A stretch of 64,000 bases of DNA from Antedon mediterranea. Lineage: Eukaryota; Animalia; Echinodermata. Where the stretch lies: positions 39,048,388-39,112,387 of the forward strand of contig NC_092670.1 in the NCBI RefSeq assembly GCF_964355755.1, read 5' to 3'. The notes below the pieces were generated by a model. The model did not search any database. It was not told the DNA's origin and worked only from the letters and a program-made list of their open reading frames with translations. This document shows, in pieces, positions 35,578 to 49,900 of the stretch (position 1 is its first letter; every line of letters starts with the position of its first letter). A program made the position numbers and the translations under genes.

Positions 35578-37407
35578 GATGCCGATGTTAATCTTGTAAC
35601 GTTGTATAACTGATTTAATTCCCAGTAAGAAATTCATATATTATTCACAAAAAATGGAGAAAGCAATGAATCAGGTCTTGATTCCTTCAGTAGTTCTTGT
35701 TCAATGGGTGTGAGACCTACTTGGTAAATTCTTTATTAGGCCTGGTAAATTTTCCGCTGTTTAGCACATCATTACACCTCATTGAAAGCATTTATTATAC
35801 AAATAATCTCTTAGTTCTCATGCCCCACTGACGTAACAGTTCCGAGGCATTGTGGGAACGTGCACGATGAAACACATTGTGATTGGTTGTCTGGAAATAG
35901 TTCACTATAAAAAGAATGCGGTGTTATTAAATGAAGTTAGATGTTGCTTTGGTCTTTATCCACGTACATGGGGTCATGGCTATAAGCACATTATAAGTGT
36001 TCATGTATTACTATTCATTTTAATTCGTACCAAACTAAAATTAAAGGGGCACAGCCACCCCCCTAAATTTCAAATCATAATGCATGCAAAATGCAGAACA
36101 TTAGATTAAGTTCAACCGGTTATTCCCCCTTTTTGGATCCTCTAAAATCCTGGATCCGCCACTGTACCCCCACGGTCAATCAGTCCTCTCACGCACCACG
36201 ATGTTGCAAGAAATACAAAATTTGAAAAACAGAAAACATAAATGCTATTTTCAACTAACACTATTTCTTATGGAACCGTAGTAGAAAATAAAATAATAGA
36301 TAAAAGAAAAGAATCATTTTTTCTGCATACCCCATCTCTTTAAAAAGAAAAATGGAATCATAGTAAAAAATAAAATAGGCCTAATCGCTACCCCATCTTT
36401 TTTAAAGAAAAAAAACCCAGAGAATTTCTAAGTTATCCCAGTGATAATACAAGTGTGCATAGGCTTAATTTCACAAATATACTGCTTTGACATCCTGCTT
36501 TGACCCCTTCAGTATTATTTCTGTAAAACGATTTTTGTAAACCTCAACACCTAGTGAAGGACACAAATGACCGACAGGTATATACACTTTTATATACAAT
36601 ACACAATTATATTATTTATCAATATTATTACAATAGAAATTGGATTGATTTTTTGCGCTTGATACAGGATCGATAATATATATAATGACGTCATTGTATC
36701 GATTCTCTACTTGTCATATATTATTTTACTGTCATCACGTCTACATATCAGCTCATCGTTCGTATTAATTGTACACTGCTGTCTTTCATGCTTTTGTAGT
36801 GTAAAATTTCTTGAATCGTGAGAAATTAGAAATACTAGATGGCACGCTCGCTTCGCTCGCGTACCATCTAGGTCGTGCCCACAGATGGTTCTCGAATACA
36901 CAGTATTTCCAGCGAGAAAAAAATGGAGATTTCAAATGTACGTACTGCAGGACTATAATACATTGTCGTTTACAGAAACAAATAAATATACACAATGATT
37001 TATGTAGTCAACCAAAATTAGCACCCTGGGAATTACTTCCGAGAGAGAAACAAAATGAGTCAAATTTTTTTATTTGGACTCATTTAAACAAACCCAATTT
37101 GTGTTTTGTATGTAACATTAAGGGTTGAGGGATGGGGGAAGAAGATAGGTACAAAGAGGAAACATTTTAAAATATATTCTTATCCACTCAGTAACGAAAT
37201 ATTGTTTTTAATGTTTTATAGGCCTATAAATAATATACCACTAAATACAGTAAAACATTTACGATTTAATACGGTACTTTGTTAAAACTCTCACTGTCAT
37301 AGTCGATTGAAATAGTAAAGTACATGTAACGATACACCACTACGACGTTTATATATTTTTAAATTATTAATTAATACAAACGTTGAGAAGCAACTGTCAG
37401 TAATAAC

Positions 37408-37940
37408 GTTTATTTATTTGTATATTATATGTTTATAATCTAACAGTAGGGCCTACCCACACTCACAGTAATAAAGTTTATTTGTATATATTTTTATATT
37501 ACATCTAACAGTACCAACACTCACAGTAAGAAATTTGCGATTCAAATTGCGATCAAAAGTGGTTAATACCTTTTAACAGTATTGTACAGCATTGCAATAC
37601 TATTTATGTTTATTCTCCAAGGGGGCCCATAAATCTAAATCTATGCCTCTATGGTTAAACCAAATAATTTGGAATGTTTATTTGTATATTATATGTTTAT
37701 AATCTAACAGTAGGGCCTACCCACACTCACAGTAATAAAGTGTATTTGTATATATTTTTATATTACATCTAACAGTACCAACACTCACAGTAAGAAATTT
37801 GCGATTCAAATTGCGATCAAAAGTGGTTAATACCTTAACAGTATTGTACAGCATTGCAATACTATTTATGTTTATTCTCCAAGGGGGCCCATAAATCTAA
37901 ATCTATACCTGTATGGTTAAACCAAATAATTTGGAATGTT
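37408..37940. repeat. Near-identical ~265-bp tandem duplication
   Basis: 37408-~37675 is repeated at ~37675-37940. Confidence 0.92.
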
Positions 37941-38463
37941 CCATTCATCACAAATCAATACATTTGTAAAAACGTATATTAAATGTATCAAAATAGTATT
38001 TTTTAAAGAAAATCGGCCTGTCTTCAACATTATGATGCTGTACTCGAACTGTTCAACCGGTTTTCAGCTATTAAAAACAATTATCGTAGGAGGAGATAGG
38101 AAAATGCGAAGCCTCCTCGCATTTTTGTGGCGGGTATTTTTCAAGATGGACATCCATTAGACAGTGTATACCACGATCGGAAAACACCCCTATTTGGGGC
38201 AAATCGTTGAACCTAAATTCGTTTTAATCGTCAATAACTAATTATCTAACTTAATTTAATTAGTAAACAGGGTTACATCAGGTGGTTAAAATCAGTACCG
38301 AAAGTACGAACCAACTTTACATACCATCGGGTAAAAATTCTAGAAGTAAGGCGCGATTTACCGAATTTTGCCCTTACGTAAATTTATATATAGATTATGT
38401 AACACAAATTTAGCCTGAATGCATTAAACCAAAACATAAATATTATATACTGTATTTCAGTAA

Positions 38464-38624
38464 AGCTCTGTCTACACTATCAAACTAGTTTTACAAAAAA
38501 GTGTGATGTGCCCAAATATGGTAGTACTACATGCCTACATGGTTCTGATATGACATCATCATGTCCATATATGGGCACATCACACTTTTTTTGTCACATA
38601 AAGTTTAATAATGCAGACAGAGCT
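38464..38624. mobile_element. MITE family A copy
   Basis: TIRs and core. Confidence 0.78.
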
Positions 38625-40049
38625 TTAACGTAAGATTCAACAGATAAGATTGAAAATTCAAAACATTTATTCATGCTTTTCACGAGGACCTGCTTTTGAA
38701 TAGTTTAAAAGTGTCAAAATACAAAGAACAAACACGAAATGGGACAGAGGAGAAAACCATAGACGTGACAAGTATACATTAACATTTATAAGGAAATTAT
38801 TATATACTTCCTTCTTGGTTAATTCAAAGTATATAAGGAAAAATATATAAATAATTAGTCACACATGTTGCGCGATTGCTCCCAGCAATTTATCAACACA
38901 AAGACGTCAAAATAATGGCAAGTTTCTGCCTGATTTACCAATCGTATAATTTAGTTTTTCTTTTATTTAATAACCATGGAGGTATATAAACAGAATCATA
39001 TGTAAGCGTACCTATTGTAATATGTCTTACTAGCAATGTAACGACTTGATTGGAGACTTATAAATAAGTTCTGTAAGATGGCTGACACTGACTGGCACAT
39101 GTTGTAATTTCTTAGTGAAATACTTAGTGTTATAATACATTCTCTGAGCACTTATCTATATATCTTTACACAAATAGTGTACTGATTGTATTCAATATTT
39201 AACGAGGTTTCATTCAGATGAATACAGTCATAGTATATATAACAGTTAAAACTTTACAGATAAAAACATATAAAAAAATCCCATTGCATAGTACATAAAG
39301 AAAGAATACAATACTAGTATCTTTTGAAAGAAGAGGTAGACACATAAATTTAAGTAAAGTATGCAAACGATTTCCTACACTGCGTAGTTTTATACTTAAA
39401 AGGAAGGAGGTCTACCAGATTAGTTTATATCAATCATTTAAAGAGCTATTTTTGTTTGGCTTTCATTTTTCTCATTTTAATGTGTGTAGTTGATGTCTGA
39501 ACTCAGTTGCTATATACAGTAATGTAAGTTCAGTTGATGCAGTAATTCAGCTTCAGATGATGCAGTAATTCACCCTCAGTTGATGCAGTAATTCAACGTA
39601 AGTTGATGTAGTAATTTAACTCTAGTCAGCTATTATGTAACTTTGTGTGATTCTGGGGTCTACGATCTTCCTTTCTTTCATTCAGAGAAGATAATTTTAT
39701 GTTTAAAACGTGTAACAACTAAGTCCACAGCGCCTTGAAAGCGATCATCGGGTCATGGCACTATATACATCTTCATTATCATTTTCTGGTATCATGATTC
39801 CCATACCACCCTGATGACATATTAAGCTGATAACTCATATACCGTTATAAATATACTACTTTCAACAAAAAAATACGGACACTATAATAACTAATTACTA
39901 CATATCTTTATAACTCTAACTAATTATTGAATTCATGATTGATTAGGATGTAGATATAAGGATATAGTACCAAGGGTAGTAAGATTTGGGAGTAAGATAA
40001 AAAGGGTTATTGAAAAGAAGGTTGGAGTAAAATGTTAGCATAGGCCTAC

Positions 40050-43000
40050 ATTACTTTATTTTTTATTTTATTTTATGTCTTTAGGCACTGTGGCCAAGGA
40101 TTACCAATAGTGAATTAATCACTGTCCTATCAGATAGGTGGTAATCCCCCTGATACATGGGCTATTGTGTGAACCAGTTCACCGGGGTAACCCCCTACTC
40201 TTTTTCGAATAATGAACTGGGTTCTTTAAAGTACACACAGGTTATAACTGTGTACACTGGACCTACGGTTTATAGTCCTTATCCGAGAAGACTTGTTCCA
40301 CCACCAGAACAAGGAGCGAGTCGGCCTCGAACCCTTGCCGATGTTGTTGTTGGCTCTTTAGGTACGATAAACGGCGCCCCTGCCTTATAGTGTAGGCCAC
40401 TATGTAATTTCGTGTCATTTTTTTGTTAAAAGCAAAATTCCAGCTGATTTAGTGTCTTTAGGATGTAAAGTAATGAAAAAAATATGTTGCCATTTTTTTT
40501 AAAAAGCTTAAGGGTGTCAAATCCAAGATGGCCGCCAATACGTAAAATATCCAATAAATGTACCATATTGGACAAAGTAACACCCATTATGAATAATATT
40601 TTAAGTTCATATGGGTTCTCTGCTATATAAGAATTATTATAAACCTATATTCATTAGTATTCTGACATTTTGAATTTCAAAATGGCCGCCATTTTTTAAA
40701 AATGGATCAAATTTCTTATTAAAACATGTACAAGTTATGACGTTGATTGAAATCACATACAATGATAGGCCTATGACAACAACATTGGTGATTAACACAA
40801 AATGGCGGCCATTTTGAATTTTAAAATGGCCGCCATTTTTTTTAAATGGGTTAAATTTCTTATTAAAACTTGTATAAGTTAAATAAAATGAGATTGAAAT
40901 ATACAAAATGATATGCTTATGACAACAACATGGTGATTAACACAAAATGTTGACCATCGGGATGTCTACAGTACTGACTGTACACTTCTTCATATTAAAA
41001 CATCTCATAAACTTCTTCAGTTAAATGACAACTAACTCTGCCAAAGTCCTTCAATGAAATATTTCTAATCTTGAATGCGATACAGTAAGTTGACCTTCCT
41101 TCGTTCTCTACTACTGTATCCATCGAACTTCTACAGACTGATCTGCGTTCCCAGCAACCTTGTTCAGAAACAAATTGGCAAAATAACTGAAATACCTCAT
41201 TTCACCGGCAAATAATCTCTATAGGAGTCTTCTTTTACTTTGATAAGTTTGTCACCTGTATTCACCGTCATATATAATTTTTGCCAATATTCGTCTTTTT
41301 CTTAGGATCCCATATAGACAGTTTTCCTTCTACAAGATTTTTACCAATGCCTCAAACATTTTCTGTCCAATTTCATCATGCCATGGCCAACAAACACCTT
41401 TGTGCGAATTGCAGCATTCTTCATTAATCGGGATATCATCTCTCTTTAAATGTTAACTAGATTTGCCAGCTCTGATTAAATCATTAATTTGTGTTATTCC
41501 AATGATACCACGCTCAATGACCCTGATCAATTGATGTAAATCCAGCAAGTCCCACACATACATGTCCTCTCATATACATATATAGGGATATAGTTTAACC
41601 ACATCATTTAGATTTCGTCGACTCTCTGTATTCAAGTTAATATCTTTATGATCAGCCTCTTTCAAACAAAATGATACTTAACTTAGAATCTCTTTCTCTG
41701 TCTGCATTTGTAGAAGCAAGTTGTAGACAGAAAGCAGAATTAGTGTGCTTTTGTCCTTTAGAGATGTTTTCCATTTAAGATATTTGTGTCACTGGTTGTA
41801 TAAGTAATACAAGTTCACAAAAGCACTTGCCTCAACACTATTTTCACAATGCTATATGTCCAAAAGCCATATAGTTCACCGGGTCGACATAATAATTGCT
41901 TTTTGATGTCATCTCTGTCCACCTCCACTCATCTCGGGCAAGAGTCATCACCAGGCATTCTTGTCATTCCCTAGTACATGAGTTTTTATACCACAACCAT
42001 GTGCACTCATCAAACCAGTGTATAATGCTGGTCTGTCTGTAGGGGGTACATATCTAATGAAATTGGTTGAGATTGTAGAAGATGAGAAGTAGGAGTTCAT
42101 TCATTTACAAGGTTATTTATAGGCAGAGCTGTATCTGTATTTCCTTCAAGCTTCTGCCAAAAGTTGACAGGTTGAAAACTTACCAACCATACTGGTGACT
42201 ATGGCCCTGAAGGTTCAGACATTGAATTACATAGCAATAACGCATTTATTATTTACCATTATACAGGATTTCACAATAAGGTATAAATGTGTACCGCAAA
42301 ATGTAAAACAGTTTTCACTATTACGATATTGTTCCATATTTCTATCTTAGGAATATATTAGATATATAAGAGTTTTAAAACAAAATTTCTGATTCATCGG
42401 TAGATTTTCAACTCAATTTCAATTGTACGCGGTCAAAGTAATTTCTGGGTTCACGATGAGTTTACAGGTTCACCTTGCAACTACCTGGTTTCAGTTAAGT
42501 TGGTCATTAGTGGCTATAGCTATTTTAGTTTTTTGTTTATTTTCGGATCGGACCGCGCGTGTGAAGGTACAGTAGTTAAAAAATAAATCCCGATAGCCGA
42601 GTTTTATTGAGTAAGCTGGCAGGAATAACTGTAGGCTATCTGTGTCCCATTAGGGCCCATATTGCAAGCCGTCTAAAACACCTTCCTTCTTGGGCCGAAA
42701 CGGCCTACACTGTCGCGGAAGTTAGTTTCAAAAGATGTTTAAATTAAATAATGTATTATGATGGTATTTATTTGAATAAACGCCTCCCCAATAAAACATC
42801 ACTTTGAATAATAATCGCCTACACCCACCTACCCAACTATCTAATGAACGCCCATCCACATTAATTATACACACAATATTATATATACTATTTATAATAG
42901 AATTCATTACACTGTTAACTATAATTTACCAAGCATTTGTTATAATTTTTTACCACTTTTCATATCTATTAGAGGATTTTATTTGATTATAAATGTTACG

Positions 43001-43907
43001 ATATTATTAAAACTAAAAAATCCCTCGAATAAGCATCTCCCTCAAATGAACTCTGCCTCCCCACCTCCGCCCTATAAAACAATAAACACTATACTTTAAA
43101 ATGTTATTAATCATCTAAGACACTGTGAAACAGAGTAGGTTTAGTTTTTCGAATGTCAAGCATTTTCAATAATGGTAACCGACAGAAAACGTACAAGGAG
43201 AACGTCCTTCTAAAACCTTTTTACCCGAGTCATTATCATTCCGAGAACCTTCGTTTACACTTCCTAGAGGGGAGCGAGCAAACTAGAAGTCTAACCCTCT
43301 AGTTAGACGTAATTGTTGTTGAATATTTGATATAAATTGTTAAGTTGTTCCATACTTTTGCAACTCCAACTTTGAACGATTATTTAATTTAATAGTCATA
43401 GTGGGGTATTATATATCTGTTATATAGAGGACATTGACAACTTTCGCCTTATATTTACAATTTACAATCCTGTGAGAAGTGACAATTTTAGAAAATTGTG
43501 TACAAACAACAATTTATGCACACATATTTAAAAAAAAATTATTTAAAGAATTTAATTTTTAGTGGCAGCCATTTTGAAATCCAAGATAGCCGACAGATTA
43601 TCGCTTTACATAGTTAGGATTGTATAATGGGTACAGTAATACCATCAAAACGGACTTGTTCCACATTCATAATTTGTATTATTGGTGATATTCTGATTTT
43701 TAATAGGGTTATTTGAATGTTGGCGGCCATCATGAATTTGGTCCTTTAAATGTCTTTTGAAAAAATGGCAACATATTTTTTTTCATTCCTTATATTATCA
43801 AGATATGAAATAAAGTCAAAGTTTGCTTTTAACAAAAAATATACACGACATTCATATAAACGACATACCAGCCTACACTATTAACCGCTCGGCCATATGA
43901 CTCGCTC
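40050..43907 (-). mobile_element. Second, near-identical Deu-like SINE, split into 40050-40387 (body) and 43881-43907 (head)
   Basis: Reverse complement of 47617-47970. The head gagcgagtcatatggccgagcggttaa resumes after the nested insertion. Confidence 0.85.
40388..43880. mobile_element. 3.5-kb decayed DNA transposon (Academ-like) nested in the SINE
   Basis: Ends TAGTGTAGGC/GCCTACACTA with ~150-bp imperfect TIRs, TSD TTA/TTA and subterminal AAAATGGCCGCC repeats. Broken coding-like minus-strand interior (~41000-42250, e.g. EGKLSIWDPKKK). Superfamily assignment is tentative. Confidence 0.75.
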
Positions 43908-44317
43908 AAAACATTATAAAACGCAGCTGACAGCCGAAATCAGGGCTGTTGCAGGGTATAGCATTAAAACAGTCTTTTGAAAACATAACAATGAATGTAT
44001 ACCAGTACAAAAGGTATTTTGTAGTGTTCTTGTTCAAAATGGTTGAATTACATGAAATTAAATTGTCTTTTGTTAGAATAATACTTGCTCGATTAGCTTT
44101 TCATAAAAGAAACATACTGCCGACAAAATAACTCTTTGTAGTGCGTGTGTTTGTAGATGATAGGCCTACCTTAGACCTAATATATTATGATAATTCAAGC
44201 TTGCATGACGTATTATTTTGTGACGTAACATGGTGACGCGTGTGTTCAAACTGTGATAATAATAGCTATAAATTATACGCGCGGCGCGTCTCACGTGTTT
44301 GTATTTTTTCATATCTA

Positions 44318-44757
44318 AACCTCTGTCTACACTATCAAACTTTATGTGATGTGCCCAAATATGGTAATGATATGCTTAAATATGGTAGTGATATTACATC
44401 ATCATGTCCATATATGCACATCACATTTTTTTTTACATAAAGTTTGATAGTGTTTATTTGAATATAATGTTACCATTATTAGGCCTACACCCAACAAAAT
44501 AAACGCTTTCACCTCACTCACCACGATTTTTTTTTCGTGATATCGCTGACCCTTTGACATTGCAAACTCAAAAGTGTGATGTGCCCATATAAATAAAGAA
44601 GACAGGGTAATAATAATAATAGTTTGATGTGCCCAAATATGGTAATGATGTGCCTAAATATGGTAGTGATATGCCCAAATATGGTAGTGATATGACATCA
44701 TCATGTCCATGTATGGGCACATTAGATCACATAATGTTTGATGGTGTAGACAGAGCT
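44318..44757. mobile_element. Two partial MITE family A copies (44318-44453, ~44570-44757)
   Basis: Core repeats and one TIR each. Confidence 0.65.
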
Positions 44758-45659
44758 TCAGATTATAAACATGTTAGAGTAATAAAGAGTTCCTAATGTT
44801 TGCTTTAAAGGTCAGGTACGGGAAAACAATTCTATTGATCATACATTCCAATAATTATCGATCTATAGTTTCCCCTATGTTTCATAATTTTGTGGAATTT
44901 ATTTGTGTTACACGAGCTTGTTGAAAATAAACACTTTCTTATCAGTGGGTGGGGGGGGGGGGGGAGGGATAGCTCAAATTACACAGTAAAATCTCTATTC
45001 TTTTGTACACACATTTTGTAAATAGAGAGGCATTTTAAAAAGCTATGAAAAATAAACGGTGTAGTAAAAAATGTTATCAGATGACTAAATATAGGTAATA
45101 TAACTTGAATTTTACATTTCGGGTATTTTTATTCAACTTCAGATTATTATTTTCATGCTATAGCAAAAATTATCCACCGTATATCTACAATCCTTTTTCA
45201 CCTTCTAGGGAGTCACCAGACATGTTATTAAATTAGGTTAAACTACCTAACTACTGAAAAAAATGTTGTATTTGACCATATTTAGAGAAATTCATGTTTT
45301 TTCGTCTTGATTTCTGTAACAAGTATTTGATTTATGTACAATTAACCAGATATTATATTTAAAATGCATGCCTGTACCTGAGCTTTAAACCTGTATACAT
45401 TGTATTACTGTAGCCTCTGGGATTATCTTATTGAGGTAACTGACAATGCTATCTGCGTTGTGAAAATAATTAGAGAGGGCGATACCACGTGCATAGATAC
45501 ATCTCTACATTATCCTCTTGTTGTACATACTAACAATTAAATTAATAAAACAATCTTCGACATTGATATTCTTGATATTATTAACATTTTGATATAGCCG
45601 ATTATTATTTTATATTATAAGGTGAATATAGGCAAGTTTGTTTATTTGCAACAATCCGA

Positions 45660-45913
45660 AGCTCTGTGATGTGATGTGATGAATGTAATGTGCCCATATA
45701 TGGACATGATGTCATATCGGTGGTATTGATTGTGTTTTAGATTAAGCTGATGTTTATGTTATTTCAGCGCTTAGAGTTTTTTTCTGTCATTTTGAAGCGC
45801 TTTATAAATTTAATTTATTATTATTATTATTATTATTATTTATATTATCACTACCCTATTTGGGTATATCACACTTTTTTTTGTCAAACTAGTTTGACAG
45901 TGTAGACAGAGCT
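45660..45913. mobile_element. MITE family A copy interrupted by a short retroposon 3' end with (TTA)n tail
   Basis: TIR ends; internal ...aagcgctttataaat..(tta)n resembles the LINE tail at ~6450. Confidence 0.6.
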
Positions 45914-46855
45914 TAAGACTGATGATCATAAATTGAGTAGAAATTTACTTTAGTCATAAGGAACCATTAAACAGAATTCAAAGACAAAAAAAAAATACAT
46001 GGTGTGGGTTATGTATAGCGATTATAATTGATATTATATATTTCTTAATTCATTATTTGATTTTATAGTAAATTTTATTATTTTGATTCTGATATTCATA
46101 ATTCAATGTTTATGATGATTGCTTGTTGTTGTTTGTTGCAATGTATTTTAATTTTTATTAAAGAGGGCTCCTGAATATCAGTTAACACACTGGGCTAAAC
46201 TGGAAGGGTTACGGTACCCTCTTTAAAGATGGTTGAAATAATAACACAAATAATGTTAGCCTTTAGTATCATAAAAAAAACACGTTTAAAGTGATTGCAG
46301 TATTATAGAGCATTTTGTAGCGTCGACCTTTTTTTCGTATGCGTGTTATTACTGTGCTTAAAGTCGGACAAGATGACGGAAAATTTTTTATCAAAACAAT
46401 GTTTACGTCCTGTTCGAACATCACGATACGGAAAGTGACTACACGGCGCTTGAAACGGTCATTACGAATAGTGCGCGATTAAGAGATGGTCAATTACGGA
46501 CCACGTCTAATTGAACCTAGCTTGGATATGTATATACATAATTTATAACAATCACGTTCTTTAGAATAAAGGTAAATAATCTCCATCAACGCATCCCATT
46601 TAATAAAACTGTTTAAAAATACAATTGTTTGGTATTTAATTAGTCCTTGGATAAATCCACCATTAGAATGGTTACAATGCTATGCCATGAAGTGTAACTG
46701 GGTTGCTCCTTGATGAATAATTAAAAAATAATATACCTTGACATATCTGTTGGTTATTCTGTCATTGGTAGGCGATTCTGTAAGAACGAACAATTTAAGA
46801 AGCTTCATTATTGGCCCAATGAAGATTTAAGACCGTGTGTTAGCCAACAAACAAC

Positions 46856-46919
46856 ATGTTACAATGGAGGAGAATAATACTGATATTGTCAATTTGTCAC
46901 GTCTCAAACGTTTATGGGG
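46856..46919 (+). CDS. Gene B exon 1: signal peptide MLQWRRIILILSICHVSNVYG
   Basis: CAAC-ATG, basic n-region, hydrophobic core, VYG cleavage-like end, G|GTAAGT phase 1. Joins 50378 to give ...VYG-DTPVWTNCP. Confidence 0.8.
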
Positions 46920-49900
46920 GTAAGTGTATTATTTCAATTTAATTAGCTCCATATTCTTAGCTGTCAAACCTATATTATATTGAACTTTTCTCTTTTTAAT
47001 GTATTGATCATAAGCCGACAGTACATGCTATCCGATTTTGTTAGATTTGTGTTTATGGAGAGTAACACATTATTACAATTACAATTGGGATACAGTATAC
47101 GGTATATATTATAGCTCTGCTAACTTTTCTGGCTGTTTTACTTTATCGTTTTGATTTAGATTTCGCTTTTTTTTTGTATCTCCATTGAGATCCAGCTACT
47201 GATACCCACAGCATTGTCATTTTTTTCAGTAATTTGCCTTTGGATATATATCGCTTTCCGAATTCGAATAAAAATTAAGAATTCTGTCGTCATGGAGGAA
47301 ATACATATTCTTTATAGAAGAGAAAGTTTCTTTATATAGGCCTAACTCGGGTTTCGTTAACAGATAATTGTATTTGAAGGTGTATTAAGTGAGGGACAAG
47401 CATGCTTATTGTTGCCAATGAAACCACGCACGAAGAGACAGACACGCGCGTGTGAAAGGCGATCTACACCGGGTGGTACACTACTTATCAGAATTTCAAC
47501 GCACGCGTAAAAAATGTCTCTTATGGTGGTTTCTTTCCCTTATTATCTAGTCCTATATTGAAAAATGAAAAAAAAAAACACTCCAAAGAGTCCGGCGGTG
47601 GAATTCAGTATTATATGGCGAGTCATATGGCCGAGTGGTTAAGGCAGGGACGCCGTTTACCGTACCTAAAGAGCCAACAACATCGGCAAGGGTTCGAGGC
47701 CGACTCGCTCCTAGTTCTTGTGGTGGAACAAGTCTTCTCGGATAAGGACTATAAACCGTAGGTCCAGTGTACACAGTTATAACCTGTGTGTACTTTAAAG
47801 AACCCAGTTCATTATTCGAAAAAGAGTAGGGGGTTACCCCGGTGAACTGGTTCACACAATAGCCCCTGTATCAGGGGGATTACCACCTATGTGATAGGAC
47901 AGTGATTAATTCACTATTGGTAATCCTTGGCCACATTGCCTAAAGACATAAAATAAAAAAAATAAATAAATATATGCAAACATATAGATATTGCTACGTA
48001 CATTTAAAGACTCTATTCTGCGTTATGTGGAAACTCCCTACTCGTTTCTTATCATCGTTTATATTCTTAGTGTATTTTGCCACTCACATTATGTATTATA
48101 AAACAACTATTCTGTTTTGTATTCCTTGAATGGAGAAAATATTTCCATTCAACTCCTACATAATTATTATTTATATAAAAGTACGATTACAGTTAGAAAC
48201 GCTTAAAACCAAATGTAAGTTTAGTACGGCTTTCCAAAAAACAAAACAATTAAATTTCGAGTTTTTCGAAATAAATATAGGCCTATCTGTTTCATATGTT
48301 TTAAAATACTCCCAACATAAATATTGTATTCTATATTGCTATGCATCAATGCACTCTCTATTCTCTGTTTATAATACCTAATCATATCAAAATGAATATT
48401 ATAAAATGAGCTACCACTACCTAACACAACAGTACAAGGACATTTCAAAATTACCCTAGAGTAATAATACAATAATAAAATCAATAGCATTGCAATCAGC
48501 GTTATTATGGGTTGAAAAAAAGGTAGGTACTTGCATGACAATAATGTCTTAAGTCTGTTATATCACTCTCATTACGTTTATTGTGCATTTTCATACATTA
48601 ACACTCCATTATTATGAAGGAATACAAGCATAATTTGGAAAAAAAATGCAAATACAAATTAGCAGCAGGGGCGGATTCCGGCCTCAGGGTCGGATATTTC
48701 TTAAAGTTCTTAAAACATCTAGTCCTAATTGCGGTCATTTTGATACCATGGGTTTCTGGATGCGTGCAGCAGAAAACAATTGAGTAAAGCTTTGTCTACA
48801 CTATCAAACTGTATGTGAAAAACTGTGATGTGCTCATATATGGGCATGATGATGTCATATCACTATCATTTCCATATTTGACACATCGCATTTTATTGTC
48901 ACATAAAGTTTGATAGTGTAGACCGAGATTAACGAACAAACGCACAAATATATTATACGTGTCTTAACCGTTGTACTCACAATATTTTAAACTACATTTG
49001 AAAACCGTTCCGGGGGTAAGGTGTGGGTGTGGTGGGGGTGATGGTAGGCCTATCTTTAATTATTAACAGGCATGAAAATAGACGAAAGTTTAAACAAATT
49101 AATGAGTATTCACTTTTTGCGATACATAATTTTCAATATTGTTCACAATTTGAATTAGGTTACCTATAAAAGTCAGTAATAATATTGTGCGTTACTCTTA
49201 ATTAAAAATTAAATCGTCTACTTTTAAGTGGCGGCAAGAGTTAATCTTTTAGTCGTTTTATCAATTCTTGAACTTCCTAACAATCAAATGAATTATTTTC
49301 GGTCTTTGCGTACCTTTGTTATTCCAAGGTTTCTGACAGTGTTGAAATACTACGATACCTAGTGACCCTTACGTGACTATAAAGCGTAGAGCAAATGCCA
49401 TGAGAGCTCATCCGTGAACATTTCATTAATAACTAACTACACCAGAAACTATTTTTTGGCTAGCATGTTTAAATATGCAGTACCGGTACTGTAAATGTGG
49501 TAAGCAGCATTACAATTAAAATTCAATAGTTAATGAGTTAAATTATTATAACCCCCCGCCATCTCCAAAAAAAAGTGAAATAGGTATAATTCATCATTTC
49601 TATTTAAGCATATCACTACCATATTTGGGCACATCACACTTTTGTTAAACAAGTTTGATAGTGTAGACAGAGCTTAAAGATGTATTTCCATCTAAAAAAT
49701 GTTTTTGTTGTTGTTGTTGTTGAATAAGCCAGTTGAATGTCACATAATTCACTTTGATCAAAAACTAGATGGAAATAAATGTATTTACCTAAAAACTATA
49801 ATTTAAAGCAAAAGAATAATCAAATTGGCTGCCAGCCAATGGGATTTTGGTTGAATTTAACCATTTATTTTGTCAAGTGAAAACCTTATTTTACCCGTTT

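Noticed and set aside
47617-47710. tRNA gene
   Set aside because: The A/B boxes run into a SINE body and tail, there is no convincing cloverleaf, and it is duplicated at 40050.
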